From Podospora anserina (lineage: Eukaryota): a stretch of DNA of 64,000 nucleotides. Positions 60,104-64,000 of the stretch are shown piece by piece. Position 1 is the stretch's first letter. Every line of letters begins with the position of its first letter. Where the stretch lies: positions 3,534,001 to 3,598,000 of the forward strand of contig CM030337.1 of assembly GCA_017654855.1 (NCBI GenBank), written 5' to 3'. Below the pieces are notes generated by a model. The model did not search any database. It was not told the DNA's origin and was given only the letters and a program-made list of their open reading frames with translations. The position numbers and the translations under genes are program-made.

Positions 60104-61435
60104 ATGCTATCCTCGCTGCAACTTGTGCCCCCAGCTGCTGTAATCCATAGCGCAGTCCGGGCAGCAGCTCCCCCACTAACACTGGCTCTCACCAGAGCCC
60201 TCACCAGCACAACACGCCGTATTGCGTCACAGGCACCAAGAGCGGTACACAACTCAACCCCCCACCTTCACCCCCGCCTTGCAATCCTGCCAACCTCGCA
60301 CCACCCTCCCAAGATTCCCGGCTACCGCCGCCTCGAAACAACCAACACCCTCTCCCCCTTCTTCTCCAGCAACCAACCCCCACTGGGCGACCTCCCTTCC
60401 TCCACCTCCTCCTGGCGGCCCCCTCCGCCCTCCTCCCTCGACGAGCGCCCCGTCCTGATCATTGGCGCGGGCTCCATCGGCCGCCGAGTAGCCCTGATAT
60501 GGGCCTCCAATTCCCGCCCAGTTACCCTCTACGATGTCTCCGATGACGCCCTCAAGTCGGCGACAGAATACCTTACTGATAACCTCGGCGAGTATTGCGC
60601 TGCGAGAGGTACCCACCCCGGGCATGTCTACACCACCTCCAATATCCGAGTAGCCACCACCACCGGCCGTCACGAGAGCGCACCTCCGCCATCATGTCCC
60701 GCAGAGGAAGCAGAGCTCGAGAGTGGCAGCAAGGGCCCCTGGTTGGCGATTGAGTGCCTCCCCGAGAACCTCAGTCTCAAGGTTGATGTTCTTTCGTTGG
60801 CCGAGGGCTATCTACCGCTGGATTGCATCATCTGTTCCAACAGCAGCAGTCTCATGACGTCGGAGATGATCAAGTACGGAGATAATGAACTGCAATATCC
60901 GGAGCGGTTGCTGAATACGCACTACTTCATCCCGCCGAGGAATAGGATGGTGGAGGTTATGTCTTCCTCGAAGACCAACCCCAAGATCTTCCCGTTTTTG
61001 ACGGACCAGATGGAGAATGTGGGATTGAGGCCAATGGTGGTTCCACCTGGGGTGCAGAGCCCGGGGTTCATCTTCAATAGGATCTGGGCGGCGTGCAAGA
61101 GGGAGACATTGGAGGTGTTGAGTGAGGGAGTGGCAAGGCCGGAGGATGTCGATGCGTTGTTTAGGGATTTCTTCCATGCGGAGAAAGGTCCGTGTGAGAG
61201 GATGGATGAGGTTGGGTTGGATACTGTTTACAACGTTGGGAAGCATAACCTGGAGAGGAGCAGGGATTTGGGGGGTGGAGAGGCGTTGAAGTGGCTGAAG
61301 AAGACTTATTTGGATAGGGGAATGAAGGGGGAGAGGACTGGGGATGGGCTGTATACCAGGGAGGAGAGGGCGGAATTGAAAATGAAGCATAGGTTGGAGA
61401 AGTGGAAGGAGGTTGAGGAGACACAGGGAGCGTGA
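60104..61435 (+). CDS. 3-hydroxyacyl-CoA (3-hydroxybutyryl-CoA-like) dehydrogenase with an N-terminal extension
   Basis: IIGAGSIGRR, IECLPENLSLK, CSNSSS, NTHYFIPP..VEVM, GFIFNRIWAACKRE and GPCERMDEVGLDTV. The N-terminus is Arg/Ala/Thr-rich and presequence-like. Confidence 0.9.
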   Translation: MLSSLQLVPPAAVIHSAVRAAAPPLTLALTRALTSTTRRIASQAPRAVHNSTPHLHPRLAILPTSHHPPKIPGYRRLETTNTLSPFFSSNQPPLGDLPSSTSSWRPPPPSSLDERPVLIIGAGSIGRRVALIWASNSRPVTLYDVSDDALKSATEYLTDNLGEYCAARGTHPGHVYTTSNIRVATTTGRHESAPPPSCPAEEAELESGSKGPWLAIECLPENLSLKVDVLSLAEGYLPLDCIICSNSSSLMTSEMIKYGDNELQYPERLLNTHYFIPPRNRMVEVMSSSKTNPKIFPFLTDQMENVGLRPMVVPPGVQSPGFIFNRIWAACKRETLEVLSEGVARPEDVDALFRDFFHAEKGPCERMDEVGLDTVYNVGKHNLERSRDLGGGEALKWLKKTYLDRGMKGERTGDGLYTREERAELKMKHRLEKWKEVEETQGA

Positions 61436-61814
61436 GGGATGGAGATAATATCAGAAACGGCAAAAAGCATGTTATTGACGATGCGCTTGCCATGAAAGTA
61501 GGGGTGATGAAAGAAGACAACGGATCTTTTTTTTTCTCGGGTCATCATCTATCCGATTGACTCCCAGATGTACAGATTCAGATTAAAAGTCTTCGAAGGA
61601 CCCCTCACCAAGAGTAGATCTACTGCAGGCAGCAGCAGGACAACAGCGAATCGCATTAGTCGCATTCATGGTTCTACTGCATGTCATTTGAAAGGCGCGT
61701 TGAGCCCTTCGCGTCATGATCGTCGACGCGTATAAATTTCAGGTTGTCTGAGCCACATCGCAACGTGGTTTTGCTAATCATCATCACATCCCCAAGAAGC
61801 TCAACAAGTGCATC

Positions 61815-62363
61815 ATGAGTTCCGAATCCAAGACCTTCCCTTTCCCAATTCCAACCTCGATCACGGGAGGTTGCCTCTGCGGCTCGGTCCGCTACCGCGT
61901 CACCTTCCCACCTGACCACGATTTCCTCCGCTTCTCACAAACCTGCCAATGCACCCAATGCCGAAAGCAAACGGGCTCTCTCTTCTTTGCTGAGCATGTC
62001 ATTGCTCCAGCTTCCACCGCCTTCACCTTGACTAATAAAGAGAATCCCACCCTCAAGCATTACAGCACCAGTCCAAAGGCATACAGATGGTTTTGCTCAA
62101 ACTGTGGCTCGTTTCTCTATTGGCAGCCGCTCGACAACGAGAAGGATTACATCTGCTTGGCGGTGGGGAGCATCGATCAGGTGTATCTTGTGGGTGGTGA
62201 GAATGATGAAGGTGTGCCGAAGGAGGGATATGGGCTGGCGCTTGTGGGTGGGGGAGGCGAGCATCTCTTTTGCCAGAATGAGATCAAGGGCGTGACGGAT
62301 GATATTCCGCTGTTGGGCAGGAAGAGAGGGACGAGAGTTATGGATGGGGGTGAGTCGGCCTAG
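61815..62363 (+). CDS. GFA/CENP-V family zinc-binding protein
   Basis: GGCLCGSVRY, CQCTQCRKQTGS and RWFCSNCGSFLY. Confidence 0.92.
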   Translation: MSSESKTFPFPIPTSITGGCLCGSVRYRVTFPPDHDFLRFSQTCQCTQCRKQTGSLFFAEHVIAPASTAFTLTNKENPTLKHYSTSPKAYRWFCSNCGSFLYWQPLDNEKDYICLAVGSIDQVYLVGGENDEGVPKEGYGLALVGGGGEHLFCQNEIKGVTDDIPLLGRKRGTRVMDGGESA

Positions 62364-62637
62364 AGGGATATCCTTCACTCGGATGCTTGTACAGCAGCCA
62401 TATTTTATGTAGTGTGATGTTAGGTTCCCTCCATGTTATTCAAGCTGGTCAGACACAAAACTATTGATTATATAAGAGCCATCCATTGCGCTTACTGTCA
62501 AACTTCTTGCTCTTTCCAAAAATCCTATCCCAATCCTTGCTCTTTCCAAAAAATGACACAACCCCACGAAGACAATGATTCGTTCGTGCCTTATTTTCAA
62601 CAGGCACCTTCTTCCCTTCATTTTCCCTCTCACATCA

Positions 62638-63624
62638 TCACTGCAATGGCGGAATATCCGACAACCTCTGCCTCCTCCGTGGCTCCGAGCCTTCTGAATG
62701 GTCATGATCGTTATCGTACCCATTGCCATACCCGTTGCTGTTATTCTCCGGCTGCGACGTCGCCTCCTCGCACTCCTTCGCGGCATTATACTTTTTGAAA
62801 GCAACCTGCACCAACAATCCGACCTCCTTCCTGTCCCTCCCAATCACCCCCACCGATAACAACGCCTCCGTCTGCTCGATCCAGTCCTGCAGCTTTCGAA
62901 ACTCCGCCACTTGATGCCTCAACCTCTCCGGCAATCCCTGTCCCTTCAACAGCGCCAACACACCCGCGATCACGGTGTTCACCGCCCCCAAAACCGTAAT
63001 CAGTATCGTGTGCTCGCCCGCCGACGGCCCAAGCGCAGTCAACGACGCGCCAACGATGATCTGGAAGAAATGCGAGGCATACACTATAAGATTCACAAGT
63101 CTGGAGATCATCTTCTTGTTGCGCTGGGCGCGCATGGCGGCTGCGTACATGCCCATGGCGGACTTGCGGCCCTCTTCCAGGGAGCGGCAGTCGGTTGAGC
63201 CTGGGAGTGTGGAGTTGATGCCGACGGCACGACGGAAGATTACGAGGTTCTCATCGTTTGTACGACGGATGGGGAGGCCGGCGGGTTGGCCCCAGGAAAG
63301 GTCGGTGTCGGATTTTAAGACAGTTGGGGTTGATGTCTTGGCGGGGGGATTCTTGGTGAGGCCCCTATTTCGCTCTTCAGGGGGTTGCGATGCTGATAGC
63401 GCATTGTTGGGATTTGTTGGTGCTTGGTCGGAGGTGTCTGGCTGTGCCTGGGGATTTGAGCCGGCACCTTTCAAAGGGTCATTATCTTGTGATGGCAACG
63501 GCATCTTTGATGTTGAAGGTGTGTTGTTTTGATGAGGCTGACCCAAAAGTGGGGAGGTCTCGTCGTAGTCTTGTTTATCGTCGTCGTCGACAGGGATCTC
63601 AGTGGAGCCACTTGGTTTAGACAT
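62638..63624 (-). CDS. SLATT-domain (SMODS/SLOG-associating 2TM effector, fungal type) membrane protein
   Basis: Disordered N-terminus, FRRAVGI, then two TM helices (FQIIVGASLTALG and ITVLGAVNTVIAGVLALL) followed by KGQGLPERLR, the fungal SLATT signature. Confidence 0.8.
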   Translation of the reverse strand: MSKPSGSTEIPVDDDDKQDYDETSPLLGQPHQNNTPSTSKMPLPSQDNDPLKGAGSNPQAQPDTSDQAPTNPNNALSASQPPEERNRGLTKNPPAKTSTPTVLKSDTDLSWGQPAGLPIRRTNDENLVIFRRAVGINSTLPGSTDCRSLEEGRKSAMGMYAAAMRAQRNKKMISRLVNLIVYASHFFQIIVGASLTALGPSAGEHTILITVLGAVNTVIAGVLALLKGQGLPERLRHQVAEFRKLQDWIEQTEALLSVGVIGRDRKEVGLLVQVAFKKYNAAKECEEATSQPENNSNGYGNGYDNDHDHSEGSEPRRRQRLSDIPPLQ

Positions 63625-64000
63625 CGTCGATGTCTAAAAGGGGTTTAGGTGGTGGGTTTCAATGCTGGGCTGGCTTTATATCACACTGTCTAGTCGGCAC
63701 GTACACCGAACTCCTGTTATTTGTGGCGAAAACGTCAAACTGCAGATTCGATGATGGCTGTTGGTGACAAGAAGGAAGACGCAGGGGCTTTCTGCATGCG
63801 ACATGGCGCTTTATAGAGTCCGAACGAGGCATTGGGAGAGCAGGCCAGAGGCACAACCGTGGCAGGCTGGGAGGATCGACATCTTTTTAGTCTCGGAAAT
63901 GGCTGGTGTTATCAGGTTCAGCCCTACTTGGTGTTGTGCTAATTAATCTAGTTTGATGCGGCCTAGTGTCACCCGATGACATACGGCCATACAAAAGTCG

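Noticed and set aside
62506-62552. 17-bp direct repeat CTTGCTCTTTCCAAAAA x2
   Set aside because: A small local duplication between convergent genes; no element lies between the copies.
1-63624. A single defence gene cluster made of the Cry-like, HeLo-kinase, Hsp70-pair and SLATT genes
   Set aside because: They are spread over 60 kb and separated by conserved housekeeping genes, with no evidence of co-regulation.

Overview
Eukaryotic genomic DNA from a filamentous ascomycete. Short GT-AG introns with CTAAC/CTGAC branch sites, a spliced tRNA and the gene content point to a Sordariomycete; a Podospora/Chaetomium-like Sordariales is an inference. I can support about 22 intact protein-coding genes, one intron-containing tRNA-Pro(AGG) and three probable pseudogenes. 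Housekeeping genes include 3-hydroxyisobutyrate dehydrogenase, a Bqt4-like APSES protein, Rho-GDI, PPG1 phosphatase, AP-3 beta, Nuf2, thioredoxin, aprataxin/Hnt3 and 3-hydroxyacyl-CoA dehydrogenase; accessory genes are interspersed among them. Main candidates for new biology: (1) a head-to-head pair of an HSPA12-type atypical Hsp70 and a coiled-coil protein whose C-terminus resembles the GrpE beta-domain, possibly a dedicated Hsp70/co-chaperone module; (2) a HeLo-like domain fused to a pseudokinase, an MLKL-like architecture; (3) a Cry delta-endotoxin domain I fused to a jacalin lectin; (4) a GH45 protein lacking the canonical proton-donor Asp; (5) an orphan resembling SWSAP1/Shu-type RAD51 paralogs; (6) an alternative in-frame first exon inside an 809-nt intron of Rho-GDI. 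All family assignments come from motif recognition by eye, and no database search was run.
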